NCBI RefSeq assembly: GCF_009914755.1
Contig: NC_060927.1
Direction: 5' to 3' (one strand)
Source: the human T2T-CHM13v2.0 reference genome, Homo sapiens
Length of the DNA: 64,000 nucleotides
The notes under the pieces were generated by a model. The model had not been told where the DNA came from. It did not search any database and saw only the letters and a program-made list of their open reading frames with translations. A program made the position numbers and the translations under genes. This document shows, piece after piece, positions 16,460-29,117 of the stretch (its first letter is position 1; the number at the start of each line of letters is the position of its first letter).

Positions 16460-16770
16460 CTCCATGCTCTAGTAACACTTGTAGTTATAGTACTTGTCAC
16501 ACTGTATCATAATTGTGGTCCACATCTGTCTCCTCCACTTGAACTGCAATTATTTTAAGGGTAGAGTGCATGTCTTATTTATCTCTTTTTCATCAGCATT
16601 TATCTCAGTGAACTCTATAAAAGTTCACAATAAATGTTTGTGGATATAGTGATTAATTAAAATTAATCAGCAACATTCATTAGGCACCTACGATGTGCCA
16701 GGCACATTGCTAGTTGCAAGAATACAGCAATGACCTAGACAGACACTATCTTTGCTTTAATTGAGTTTAC
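16460..16770. mobile_element. Tail-to-tail L2 3' fragments
   Basis: tctgtctcctccact...aagggtagag..tgtcttatt...aataaatgtttg on +, then cattcattaggcacctac.atgtgccaggcac on -. Confidence 0.55.
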
Positions 16771-16864
16771 CATGTTGTAGAGCTGTTTGCAGAATCCTGG
16801 GTCCCTCTGGGACACTGAGAGAGAGAGGAGGAAGGCAATACATAATGTTTGCTGATGCTACTCC

Positions 16865-17341
16865 ATATCAATTAAGATGTCTAAGACAGCAGATAGCAGA
16901 AAACCCAACTAATAGTGACCTAAACCTTAAGACACATATGGTTCCAGTAAAAAAAAAAGTCTGGTGTTAGATGGTTCTGAAGATGGTTCATTAGCTCTCT
17001 GTTGTCAGGGTGATAGGTTAGTGTATCAGCAATTCCACTGGGTTTCCCCTAAAGGTAGCAAGATGGTTACCAAAGCTGCAGGCATGTCCTCATCCCCATC
17101 ATCTCCAAAAGCAGGAGGCATGAGGAATTTCCATGTGCCTGTCTCCTTTTAATAGGAGGAATATCTTTTCCCAAATCTCTCCAGTAGATCTACTTTAGAT
17201 CATCTAAGATGGGATCACATGGCATTCTCATCTTTAAAGAAGGCTGGGAAATTGAGTTTCTATTTTGTTTAGCCTGTAATAAGTTGCAAGAGGAAAAAGT
17301 AGTGGGAATGGCTTTGGGGTAGTCAAACAACTCTGGCTACT
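16865..17341 (-). mobile_element. Old MaLR solo LTR (MLT1J/K-like)
   Basis: agcagaaaacccaactaatagtgacctaaac, caagatgg and aaagaaggctgggaaa motifs. Confidence 0.55.
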
Positions 17342-17644
17342 CTTACTCTTCTTGTTTCCCATGACCTAAAAGGAAAAGAAAGTGTGAGAAGGCATTGTGT
17401 GATTCTCTGCACTCAACCTCACCCTGTCCTCCACCTGTAAAATGATGAGATAGAATAGGTGGTCCTTGAGGGTCCATTCAGCTTTTCTTTTTAGAGTCAG
17501 TTATCTATGACCACAGACCATGGACAGCAAGGCTTGATCACAAGCAGCTTTCATTTCTGTGCATAATAACTATGTTCCAGATACTGTGCACACTTTAACA
17601 CTCATTTGAACAGAAATATTAGGAGTCAATATGTCTGGGTTCTA

Positions 17645-17760
17645 GTCAGAGCCTTGGATTTTGACAAGTCACATGTCTTCTCCAAGCTTCAGAGTTATCA
17701 TCATTTAAATGGAGATAATTATGCCCAACAGCAAGGTTGCTATGTGGGTTAAATGTGATA
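17645..17760 (+). mobile_element. MIR fragment
   Basis: caagtcacat..cttctc.aagcttcag...atcatttaaatggagataat core. Confidence 0.55.
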
Positions 17761-18774
17761 TTCCGTGTAATTTGCATTTTGTTTATAGCCTGATTAGTTT
17801 CACAGAGGATTTGAGGTGAATGTTCTTTGTAAGTTGTTGTTATTATTATTACCTCTTTACACAATTCTGCTATCCAAACAACCATATCAAAGTAACAGAA
17901 CATTCAAAACAAGCCCCAAACACTTCATCCTGCACCTACAGGGATAAGCTCTAGCCCTCATATGGAATCCTGGAATCACTGCTATCAGAGTTGTCAGTTT
18001 TCTCCCCATAGGTGCCAGCACATGAGCTCTTGTTTTAGTGTGTCACCTTGGGTTTCTGGGATCTTCAAAATGATTGAATGTGAACCAGTAAAGGCAAGTG
18101 AAGAACTTTGCCTTTGGCGCCTCACAATTTCAAGGTTCATTCATAACAGAAGGTACATTCTTGCAGACATTATGCATGTAAATGTAGTTCTTCATTAATC
18201 TTGCTAAATATTTGAAACACGCTAATAAGACCATGTTTGTGTTCAGTTGTGCTCTTGGAAATGCCACCCTCTGCATGGTGTCATCTCCCTAGGCCAAGTG
18301 TGTGATGCTCCTCATGCAAAGCAGGTGAGAGTTTCTCTCACACAAGACTCAAATACTTGGAGATATTTGAGGGAAGGTAGGTGGGTAATAATTTCCTAAA
18401 ATCTAACTCAATTTCTTTCAGAGCCCAAGTTTATTGAATCTTATCACCCAGCAAGAGATATAGACAGCCAGGCCAAAGGGAAGAAGAGCCAATTAATCCT
18501 GTTTGCATGATAAGAACCTCCTAAGTGTGTGTCTTAAATGATGAGATCTGACAGCTCAGCCTGAAAGCTTCAGCTGGAAAATGATAGTGAACAGAAAGCT
18601 GCTGAAAATGCTCTACAGGTGTGGTCACCCAAAGTAACCCCACAATATTGCTAGTGATTTAATCAGCATTGGTATCCAAATAATCATGCTGGAATTTTCC
18701 ACACACCCATGCACACTCTTGCACTCAATCATTTAATCATTTATCTTTTCCAATCGTTTAAGACGAAGTGTGCA

Positions 18775-18990
18775 TGAAAAGTAGTAGTGTAGGCTTTGCA
18801 GTCAAGCAGAGCTGGGCTTGGATCTTTTCAGCACCTACTCATTGGATGATATTTACATTTTTGTGCCTCAGTTTTCTCATCTGTAAAATGAGATAATACC
18901 TGCTTCAGCAGGTTGCTTTGAGGATTAAGGGAAATTAACTCCTAGAGAGAATCTAGCAGAGAATTTGTCTCCATATAAAGTGATCAATAA
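18775..18990 (+). mobile_element. MIR SINE
   Basis: gtgcctcagttttctcatctgtaaaatgagataatacc...gaggattaa core. Confidence 0.75.
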
Positions 18991-19599
18991 TAGTCCCTTC
19001 CTTTCCATTCTCACTGGTACTAGAGGAGCTTTGTACCTTTTCTTGGCTGCATTCATCTTCTTTTTCCAAATACTAATGGCTGAAATAATTAATTTTTGGC
19101 AAACCTAATGAATGCCCCAGTTATTTAATTGGTCCTTAAACTTGGAGGGTAGAGTCTATTTAGACCACAATACAGAAAATAATGAAAGGTCAGGACCCAA
19201 GTTTACTTGAAAGGTATCTGCAAAGGGAATTAAATACTGAGAGGGCCAGTAGCACATTCCTTATGTGAACAGTAATGGCTTAGGTGTCAGGTACAATTGA
19301 GCTTTAGTGAGAGTGAGGTTTTCTTGCCCTGGATGTCAGTTTGCCTCCTGGTCTGTGAATATGGTATATACCAGGAGTCTATGCCTTCATGGTTCCATCA
19401 GTCTCTAGGGTCCTTTATTTGTCCTCTAGGAAGTTCTAAGGAGCTATCATGGAAAGTGAATCATGGTGAGGGTGATCAACTCCTTCTAATTCTTAGCCTT
19501 GAATTATAGATGCCCAATTACTGATGATTAATTGGGAATATAAATATTGTTCATCCTTTCCACTTCTAACTCCTGCTGGCCTTTGCTAGGTCCATACTG

Positions 19600-20100
19600 T
19601 AATTTATGATACTCTCCATTGTCTAAGGATAAAATTCAAGCTCCTTAGTGTATAAAGACTTCCCTTATCAAGCCCTTGTTCTTCTTTTGAGACATCTTCA
19701 TTGCTGCCTGTGATACCTGCTAGCTGCCAGCCATGCCAGCTATTGATATTTGAGGGGCTCCAAGGATCCTGGGCTGTCTCACATCATGCTTTTGAATATG
19801 TTCTGCCTTAGCCAAAGTTGGCCTCCCCCATTTTGTCTATCTGGGTAAATCCTTCTGCGATCATCCTCTAATAGGTAAAGGTTCCTCCTCTAGGATTTTT
19901 TTCTTGACTCTCACAACCAAGGATTTTTGAGTTCTTCTTTATTAATGTCCTACGGCTGCCTCAGGACATGTTCTGTGAGTTACAGATATTTATTTCATTC
20001 TTGACTCTGAGGTCTTTAGTGTCAGGAACTGTGACTTCAACCTCCTTACCACCACTTCTTAGTCTGGCTCCTGGCCCATGACAGATAGTCAGTAAATGTG
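19600..20100 (+). mobile_element. L2 fragment
   Basis: aggataaaattcaagctccttag...gactctgaggtcttt..gtcaggaactgtg...tagtcagtaaatg. Confidence 0.45.
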
Positions 20101-20379
20101 AAATTCCGGAGGAAGGAGACGGTGGAGGGGGAAATTCATCTCCATTCGTCTTTTAAAAAAAAAAATCTACATCTTGCTAAGGGAATTCAAGGTCATTCTC
20201 TTGCCCACCCTTAGCTAAAATGCACAGTAAGCTGTATTCTTGCTCAAAGGAAGCCTTGTAATGGAGAATATTTTGGATACCAAGATTAGTTTTATGAGAC
20301 AAGGTTTATGATTAAAGTTGAGACTAAATTTCTCATATTTAATCATGGAATCTTTGAGAAAGATACTAGTAAGAAGTAA

Positions 20380-20600
20380 TATAGCATAGGCATCAAGAAC
20401 ACCAATCATGGAGACAGACTGCCCTGGTTCAAATCCCAGCTCTGCCATTTACAAGCTTTATTAATTTGGCAAGCTGTTTAATAGCTCAGCTTCTCCAGCT
20501 ATAAAATGGGGGATAGTAATAGTACTTCTTAGGGGTTGTGAGGATGATTTCATATATGTAAAGTGCTTATACAGGACTCTGGAATATGATAAGCACTATA
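20380..20600 (+). mobile_element. MIR (MIRb-like)
   Basis: ggttcaaatcccagctctgccatttac...ataaaatgggggatagtaatagtac...gttgtgagga...gtaaagtgctta. Confidence 0.8.
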
Positions 20601-20630
20601 TGAGTCTTCATTCTCACTCATTGTCTAGAT

Positions 20631-20831
20631 CAGGATTTTCCTAAATATTTAGCTGCAGAGTCTTTTGTTTGACACAACCTTCCACAGAAGTTCACATATA
20701 AAACATAAATGCAGATCTGTCTTATCGAAATGGGGTATAGGGCTGGGATTAAGCCCAGAGCTCCTCCCTGACCATGCCTGAGGGGTTCTTTGGAGCACTT
20801 AAGACTACAGAAGCCTGGTTGAGAAGCTCTG
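20631..20831 (-). mobile_element. hAT-Charlie MITE, MER112-like
   Basis: Degenerate Charlie-type ends (caggattttc / ttgagaagctctg) and internal tttagctgcagag...aaaacataaatgcagatc. Confidence 0.5.
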
Positions 20832-21004
20832 ATCACATCACAAAGCCCACATTTTCTAGAAGGACTAAGATCACCTGATCCTCAATCCCCTCAATCCAGA
20901 GCAAGCTCCTTCGAAGACCCATCTCTTCTACCCCCGTTCCCTGCAAAGAACACACAGACCGGACAGAAGGAAATGGGTTCTGCTCCTCTTCTGCAGTCAT
21001 TTTT

Positions 21005-22886
21005 TATCTGACTTTTAAGTTCAGGGGTACATGTGTAGGATGTGCAGGTTTATTACATAGGTTAATGTGTGCCATGGTGATTTTCTGCACAGATCATCCC
21101 ATCACCCAGGTATTAAGCCCAGCATCCATTAGCTATTCTTCCTGATGTTCTCGTTCCTTCTACCTCCCACCCTTTGACATACCCCAGTGTGTGTTGTTTC
21201 CCCCATGTGTCCATATTGTCTCATCATTCAGCTCCCACTTATAAGTGTGAACACATGGTATTTGGTTTTCTGTTCCTGCATTAGTTTGCTAAGGATAATG
21301 GCCTCTAGCTCCATCCATGTCCCTACAAAGGACATGATCTCATTCCTTTTTATGGCTGCATAGTATGCCATGGTGTATATGTACCACATTTTCTCTATCC
21401 TGTCTATCACTGATGGGCATTTATGTTGATTCCATGTCTTTGCTATTGTGAATAGTGCTGCAATGAACACATGCATGCATGTATTTTTATAATAGACTGA
21501 TTTATATTCCTTTGGATATATACCCAGTAAGGAGATTGCAGGGTCAAGTGGTATTTCTGCCCGTAGGTCTTTGAAAAATCATTGCACTGTCTTCCACAAT
21601 GGTTGAACTAATTTACACTCCCACCAACAGTGTAAAAGTGTTCCTTTTTCTGCACAACCTCACCAATATCTGTTGTTTTTTGACTTTTTAGTAACCGCCA
21701 TTCTGACTGGTGTGAGATGGTATCTGTATTAGTCCATTTTAATACTGCTATAAAGAATTGCCTGAGACTGTATAATTTATAAAGTAAGGAGGTTCTGTTG
21801 ACTCACAGTTCAGCATAGTTGGGGAGGCTTCAGAAAACTTACAATCATGGCAGAAGGCAAAGGGAAAGCAAGGCACTTTCTTCAAAAGGCGGCAGGAAGG
21901 AGAAGTGCCAAGTGAAGGGTGGAAGACCGCCTTATAAAACCATCAGATCTCATGAGAACTCACTCACTATCACAAAAACAGCATGGGGGAAACCACCCCA
22001 TGATTCAATTACCTCCAGATGGTCTCTTCCTTGACACATGAGGATTATGGAGATTATGGGAATTACAATTCAAGAAGAGATTTGGGTGGGGACACAAAGC
22101 CTAACCATATCAGTATCTGATTGCGGTTTTGATTTGCATTACTCTAATGATCAGTGATGTCGAACTTTTTATCATATATTTGTTGGCCACATGTATGTCT
22201 TCTTTTCAGAAATGCCTATTCATGTCCTTTCCCCACTTTTTAATGGAGTTGTTTTTTTCTTGTAAATTTGTTTAAGCTCCTAATAGATGCTGGATATTAG
22301 ACCTTTGTCAGATGCATAGTTTGCAAAAATTTCCTCCCAATCTGTAGGTTGTCTGTTTACTCTGTTGATAGTTTGTTTTGCTGTGCAGAAGCTCATTAGT
22401 TTCTTAATTACATCCCATAATGTAACTAGATCCTGTTTGTCAATTTTTGCTTTTGTTGCAATTGCTTTTGGTGTCTTTGTCATGAAATCTTTGCCCATGC
22501 CTATATCCTGAATGACATTGCTTAGGTTTTCTTCTAGGGTTTTTTATACTTTTGGGTTTTACATTTAAGACTTTAATCTATCTTAAGTTGGTTTTGCATA
22601 TGGTGTAAGGAAGGGATCCAGTTTCAATTTTCTGCATATGGCTAGCTAGTTCTCCCTGCACCATTTATTAAACAGGGAATCCTTTTCCCATTGTTTATTT
22701 TGGTCAGATTTGTCAAAGATCAGATTGTTCATAGGTATGCAGTCTTATTTCTGGGCTCTGTATTCTGTATTCTGTTCCATTGGTCTATGCATCTGTTCTT
22801 GTACCAGTACCATGCTGCTTTGGTTACTGTAGCCCTATAATGTAGTTGGAAGTCAGGTAACATGATGCCTCCAGCCTTGTTCCTTT
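21005..22886 (-). mobile_element. 5'-truncated L1, L1PA11-PA13-like, interrupted by a THE1D LTR
   Basis: Antisense ORF2 peptides ([12 protein letters not shown]..., [14 protein letters not shown]...) and 3'UTR. TSD ttctgcRgtcattttt at 20989-21004 and 22887-22902. Confidence 0.93.
21725..22112 (-). mobile_element. THE1D (or MSTA-like) MaLR solo LTR nested in L1
   Basis: tgtattagtcc...gacacaaagcctaaccatatca, 388 bp; 5-bp TSD gtatc at 21720-21724 and 22113-22117. Confidence 0.9.
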
Positions 22887-23859
22887 TTCTGCGGTCATTT
22901 TTCAGTGCCCCCTCAAAAAGCTTGCTTAATGATATGGCTGCACCTCATTGTTTTCTGCCTGGTGGAAGTGTACTTCTGCAGACTCCAAGATTTACATCTT
23001 AGAGTCTGAAGAAAGAAGGACAAGAAATGAAGATGTGATTTTTACTGTGCAACTTGCCTTGTTCTGTTTGGTAAAATTAGAACTGGGGTTCACTCTCTTT
23101 TGCCAAATATTTTAAGAATTGCCCCAATTTTAATTCATTACTAGCCATATTTTTTACTCCTAATTTGCTCTCATTTGAGCACTTACATTGTCCCCAGTAG
23201 GCTATGGCCATACTTTCCACGTCTACACTGTAATTAAATCAGAATTTTTGTATTATTATATAAATAGACACACTGGTAAACCAACCTAGCCTTTGTTATA
23301 GTTACCATTGCTTACTTGGTTGACTCAGCATACATACTCAGAGCGGGTTATTATCCTCACTCAACTCAACAGCTCCTGTACTAGTAACTAAAACTCACTC
23401 TGATGGAGAAAATAATATATCTTTGTTTTCTAGAGCACAACCCTTCTGACCAGCTACACACTGTAGAGCTGTGTAGACTATTTTGTCAAGAGACAAGAAA
23501 GTTGTTATCTTTGTATATAATCATCGCAGTGATAGAAGAGGCACTTCCAGCTTCCTTGTTACATGCAAAAGCATGTGGATTAGTCCCCAAAAATCTGTCT
23601 TTCCCATTATTAGTTTGCTAGACTCTGACCAAAAGAGAGGCCTTGAAACAACACATGTCTGTGTGTGCATATGCATGCACACACACACTCGCACATACAC
23701 ACACACATATTTACATTCCTTGTAATATGCGCTTTTCATTACTCTTAGGTGATTCTACAGGTTACATGTTTCATTTGTGGATTGTTTTTATCAGGTTGCC
23801 AGAGATAGCATGGACCTGTTTAGTTATTCTTTCAACAAACATTTATTGAGTACTTAGTG

Positions 23860-24100
23860 GTGATGAATACTGTCTTCAGACTCTATTTTACATTCACAAC
23901 CATCATATAAATTAAGCACTGTCATCCTCATTTTATAGGTGAGAGAACTTAGAGAGCTAAAGTAATTTGCACAAGCCAAGCAGCCAGGTTTTTTTTGGCG
24001 GGGTGACAGGAGTGGGGAAGGGGGAGGAGGAGAAGTAGAGAGCTGGGATTTGAAGCCAAGTATTATGTGAGAGTTCAAACCAGCACTCTCAACCACCATG
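23860..24100 (-). mobile_element. MIR
   Basis: cctcattttataggtgagagaact.agag.gctaaagtaatttgc...gagctgggatttgaa. Confidence 0.65.
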
Positions 24101-24365
24101 TGAAGTGCCTCTACCTGATGGGATTTACATGGAAAGATGAAGATTAAGAACACTAAGTTATAGACCCTGGCTTTGGGACCCTCAAACACACCAATACAAA
24201 AATCTGATGAGGAGTGATAGGTGCTACGTAGAACATTCAAGCATAGGGCCCTGGGACAGGGAAGAATTGAGTCTGGCTGGAGAGAACAGAGCAGAGGGAG
24301 AGATCAAGGAGAGTTTTGCAGAGGAAGTCCTTTCATCTTGTCCTTGAATGGTAGGCAAGGATTCT

Positions 24366-24498
24366 ATTATTATTATTACTATTATTATTATTATTATTTA
24401 GAGATAGGGTTTCCCTATGTTGCCCAGGCTGTTCTTGGACTCCTGGGCTCCAGCAGTCCTATCTCCTCAGCTTCCCGAGCAGCTGGAATTATAAGCAG
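24366..24498 (-). mobile_element. FLAM-type Alu monomer with (TAA)n tail
   Basis: (TTA)n, then tagagatagggttt..ctatgttgcccaggctg...ctcctgggctc.agcagtcct...cctcagcttcc. Confidence 0.85.
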
Positions 24499-24671
24499 GA
24501 GGGAAAAACTTATTGAGAAGGAGAAAAATAATCTTTGTAAGAAACAGCATGAACAATTGTATGGCTATATGTTGTGTCCAGAGAGTAGTGATTAGGCTGA
24601 TGTGGCTAGAGTAGAGTGTGAAAATGGGAGAACTGGCAAAAACTGAGACTGTAAATGGGTCTTTATTTTGA

Positions 24672-25110
24672 GCTGTATCAGCCAGGGCTCCTTGCATGTA
24701 TGCAAAAGAAACAGACTCTAGGTTGAGCTAAAGTAAACTCACAGGAGGTATACTGGGAGCTTACAAAGTCAGCTGGAGAGCTGGCCTTTGAGACTGGCAG
24801 GAATTGCTTGGAGAACAGCACCTCCAGAGAGGCAGGAAAGAGGAATATCAGGAATGGTCCCCAGCAGGAAGAGTCTGGTCAGGATAGGAGCGCTCCAACC
24901 TTTGTTTCTGTCCCCTATCATGTGTTGGAGATCCAGAGTCTAGGAGGATGACACCCAGCTGGCTGAGCTTAGGTCCCCTATCCTTCCAGGCCTTAGGGAA
25001 TAAGGCTGGGAAAGGCATCCAGTGGTTTTTTCAGCGTTTTACATGAAAAGGAAGAGTAATTTACCAGAAGTGAAGGAAAGGGACTCTGCTAGGCAGGGAG
25101 AATGGGTGCA
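24672..25110 (-). mobile_element. Old MaLR LTR (MLT1K/L-like) remnant
   Basis: tgtatcagccagggctc...gcaaaagaaacagactct and tggctgagcttaggtc motifs. Confidence 0.4.
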
Positions 25111-25972
25111 GGGTGGATTTTTAAAAAATTCGTCTTTAGAAACTATCTACACTTTCAGAACTGGGTACCCACCTGGTCAGATCCATGAGCTGGCTGCCCA
25201 TGACAACATGGAGGGAGGTTTGCAGACATTTGTGGGAGAGGCAGTGGCCTTGCTAAGAGGCTACTGCTTTGGTCCAGGTGAGAACTGCTAAGTCTTCAGA
25301 GTGAATGTGGGGATGGAGGTGAGGAGACAGGCTCACAGGGTGGTAAGAACAGCACTCCATTGCTGCAGTTAACTATAATATCCCTTGCTTAGACAGTGTT
25401 ACATTCATTTGATGAGAATATTATTGATCTAATGAAGGATTATCCCAAGGCTTATGATTTTATAAATGAGAAAATAACACACACTCCAGGGAGACTTAGC
25501 TGTTACATTAACAATTAATAGGAAAATCTGACAAAGCCAAGACTTGGAAGTCATGCTTATCATGAATAATATAGAGCTGAGGGAGTTGGTTGGAACCCAA
25601 ATACATTCAGAGTAATTTTCCATAAACCTGCCACCTCTAGTTTGAAAATATTTCATGTGTGAGACTGCGATTCTCTCTGACAGGCTGGGGTAGAAAGAAG
25701 AGGATGTTGGAAAAGTAAATTGCTCTTTTTGTAATGGTAAAAATGTCATTACTGGGAGGAACATAAATCTTTCTGATCAGGTGTTCTATCTTCAGCTGAG
25801 ATTCTGGTTCTGAAATCTTTGGCGTTATAAGCAAGCATATTTGAGAACCCCTAAATATATGATAACCAGTTTTATTTTATTATCCAAACAGTAATAGGAG
25901 TATTTTTTTCAAGTTATTCAGTGGAGCCAATCACTTTTCTCAACCCTGGAAACAGCAGTAATTTCAAGGTGA

Positions 25973-26326
<354 letters not shown>

Positions 26327-26528
26327 TACAGTGAACTTATTCTAACAACACTGATGCCTTTTTTTGGATTCTCTGTATGAGTTCCACTTTGAAGAATCTG
26401 CTTGAGAGGATGAGGCCAGTTTCTGTATCTATGAATTAGGTTCACCAGTTTCCATAGTGTAATTCCAGACACCAGTTAGGAAAGGTTTGCTTCTGACTAC
26501 CAGAAGACTGTAGGGAAAGAGTAGAACT

Positions 26529-26981
26529 GGTCTTAGTTTGTGTCCCCTAACTAACTGCAGACCCTGAGACAAGAATCTGAGAGCAACTAGTGTATTTAGG
26601 GAGCACTGAGAGGGGGTGGTGAAGCGAGATGGGAAGAGAGAAAAGGCAATGAAGTGTACATCACTGAGCAGCACAGCTGTGAGCAAGGGGAGCGCAATCC
26701 CATGGAGGACCCTCAGGGAGACTGTGTGGGACATACTTCAGAATTGTCCCACTGAGAGGAGAGGAAGCATTTAACCACCAACTTCTCATCTGAAGGTCAC
26801 TTCAAGGGTGGGGCTACATCTCCAGTACTCCCAGCCTACTCTCCACCCAAACACATGCGAGGCATGGACCTGCAGTTAGAGAATGCCCCCAAGAAGCCAT
26901 TTGTATACACAAGAACCATCTGCAGGCAACCTCCAGGATTGTCCCTGGAGAAATGGCAGCACACAATCAGCAGCTGATACA
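26529..26981 (-). mobile_element. ERVL solo LTR, LTR33/LTR16-like
   Basis: gcagaccctgagacaagaatctgag..caactagt..attt...gggagactgtgt...tcagaattgtcccac motifs. Confidence 0.6.
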
Positions 26982-27453
26982 AAATGAATGGGAAAAAATT
27001 AATTGCTGCACCTTAAAAAAAAAGTCACAAGTATCTTAAAGAACTTGCCATGATGTTAAAAGTGGTTAATTGAATTTCTCTGAGGGACCCATTCAGAGGA
27101 GATATTCAGCCATGGATCATACTCTGAAAGAACTTATAATCTAATAACAGAGTTAAGATTCATTTACAAATAAGTCTAATACAAGAGACAAAGTGATGAG
27201 AGATGTAGCAAATCATATGCAGAATGAGAGGTGGCAGGGACAACTTCTAGATAGGAAGGACTCCAGAACGATTTCTCAGAGAAGGCAGTACTTGGCTTTC
27301 ACACTCAGAAATGAAGAGGGTGGACCTTCGATGTGATGAAGCAGAATCATTACAGACACAGAGGATGGGAAGCAAAGGACAAGGTTTGGGTCAATTTAAC
27401 CTGATGTTGAGGGAGTGAAGGTGAGCTGGGGGAACATTAGAAAATTCAATTGA

Positions 27454-28565
27454 CCTAGGCGTTACCATTCAGGACATAGGCATGGGCAAGGACTTCATGT
27501 CTAAAACACCAAAAGCAATGGCAACAAAAGCCAAAATTGACAAATGGGATCTAATTAAACTAAAGAGCTTCTGCACAGCAAAAGGAACTACCATCAGAGT
27601 GAACAGGCAACCTACAAAATGGGAGAAAGTTTTCGCAACCTACTCATCTGACAAAGGGCTAATATCCAGAATCTACAATGAACTCAAACAAATTTACAAG
27701 AAAAAAACAAACAACCCCAACAATAAGTGGGCAAAGGATATGAACAGACACTTCTCAAAAGAAGACATTTAGGCAGCCAAAAGACACATGAAAAAATGCT
27801 CACCATCACTGGCCATCAGAGAAATGCAAATCAAAACCACAATGAGATACCATCTCACACCAGTTAGAATGGCAATCATTAAAAAGTCAGGAAACAACAG
27901 GTGCTGGAGAGGATGTGGAGAAATAGGAACACTTTTACACTGTTGGTGGGACTGTAAACTAGTTCAACCATTGTGGAAGTCAGTGTGGCGATTCCTCAGG
28001 GATCTAGAACTAGAAATACCATTTGACCCAGCCATCCCATTACTGGGTATATACCCAAAGGACTATAAATTATGCTGCTATAAAGACACATGTACACGTA
28101 TGTTTATTGCAGCACTATTCACAATAGCAAAGACTTGGAACCAACCCAAATGTCCAACCATGATAGACTGGATTAAGAAAATGTGGCACATATATACCAT
28201 GTAACAGTATGCAGCCATAAAAAATGATGAGTTCATGTCTTTGTAGGGACATGGATGAAATTGGAAATCATCATTCTCAGTAAACTATCGCAAGGACAAA
28301 AAACCAAACACTGCATGTTCTCACTCATAGATGGGAATTGAACAATGAGAACACATGGACACAGGAAGGGGAACATCACACTCTGGGGACTGTTGTGGGG
28401 TGGGGGGAGGGGGGAAGGATAGCATTAGGAGATATACCTAATGCTAAATGATGAGTTAATGGGTGCAGCACACCAGCATGGCACATGTATACGTATGTAA
28501 CTAACCTGCACATTGTGCACATGTACCCTAAAACTTAAAGTATAATAATAATAATAATAATAAAA
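27454..28565 (+). mobile_element. 5'-truncated L1 (L1PA3/L1PA4-like), about 1.1 kb
   Basis: ORF2 C-terminal peptides, 3'UTR gcattaggagatatacctaatgctaaatga, (TAA)n/A tail. TSD agaaaattcaRttga at 27439-27453 and 28566-28580. Confidence 0.95.
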
Positions 28566-28901
28566 AGAAAATTCAGTTGAGCCCAAATTGTGAAAAGTCT
28601 TCAATACCAGGCTCAGGATGTCAACTTTTACCCTTTAGGCCGGTGGTTTGCAATGGTGTACCAGGTATATGGGGTGCTACCAACTCTTTCAGGTGTAATA
28701 TAACTTTTTTTATTTTCTGCAACAGAGACACACATACATGCAAACACACACACACACATATGCCCACTAATATTGTTATAATGGTATCTCTCAGGCAATA
28801 AACATCTATTACTGGGTCATATGTCATAGTGTGCAACAGGATATAACTTGCAAGAAACAAATAGAAAGAGGTGGGAGAGAATAATGAGATGATGTTTACA
28901 A

Positions 28902-29117
28902 CAATACAATATTGTTGCAATACAGCAATACAATATTGTTGCAATACAGCAATACAATATTGTTGCAATACAGCAATACAGTATTGTTGCAATACAGCAA
29001 TACAGTATTGTTGCATTACAGCAATACAGTATTGTTGCATTACAGCAATACAATATTGTTGCATTACAGCAATACAATATTGTTGCATTACAGCAATACA
29101 ATATTGTTGTAATACAA
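28902..29117. repeat. 24-bp minisatellite, 9 copies of caatacaRtattgttgcaWtacag
   Basis: Units read directly at a 24-bp period from 28902; the last copy is degenerate. Confidence 0.97.

Noticed and set aside
28902-29117. CRISPR-like array of palindromic 24-bp repeats
   Set aside because: Units are head-to-tail with no unique spacers, there are no cas genes, and the context is primate DNA. It is a minisatellite.
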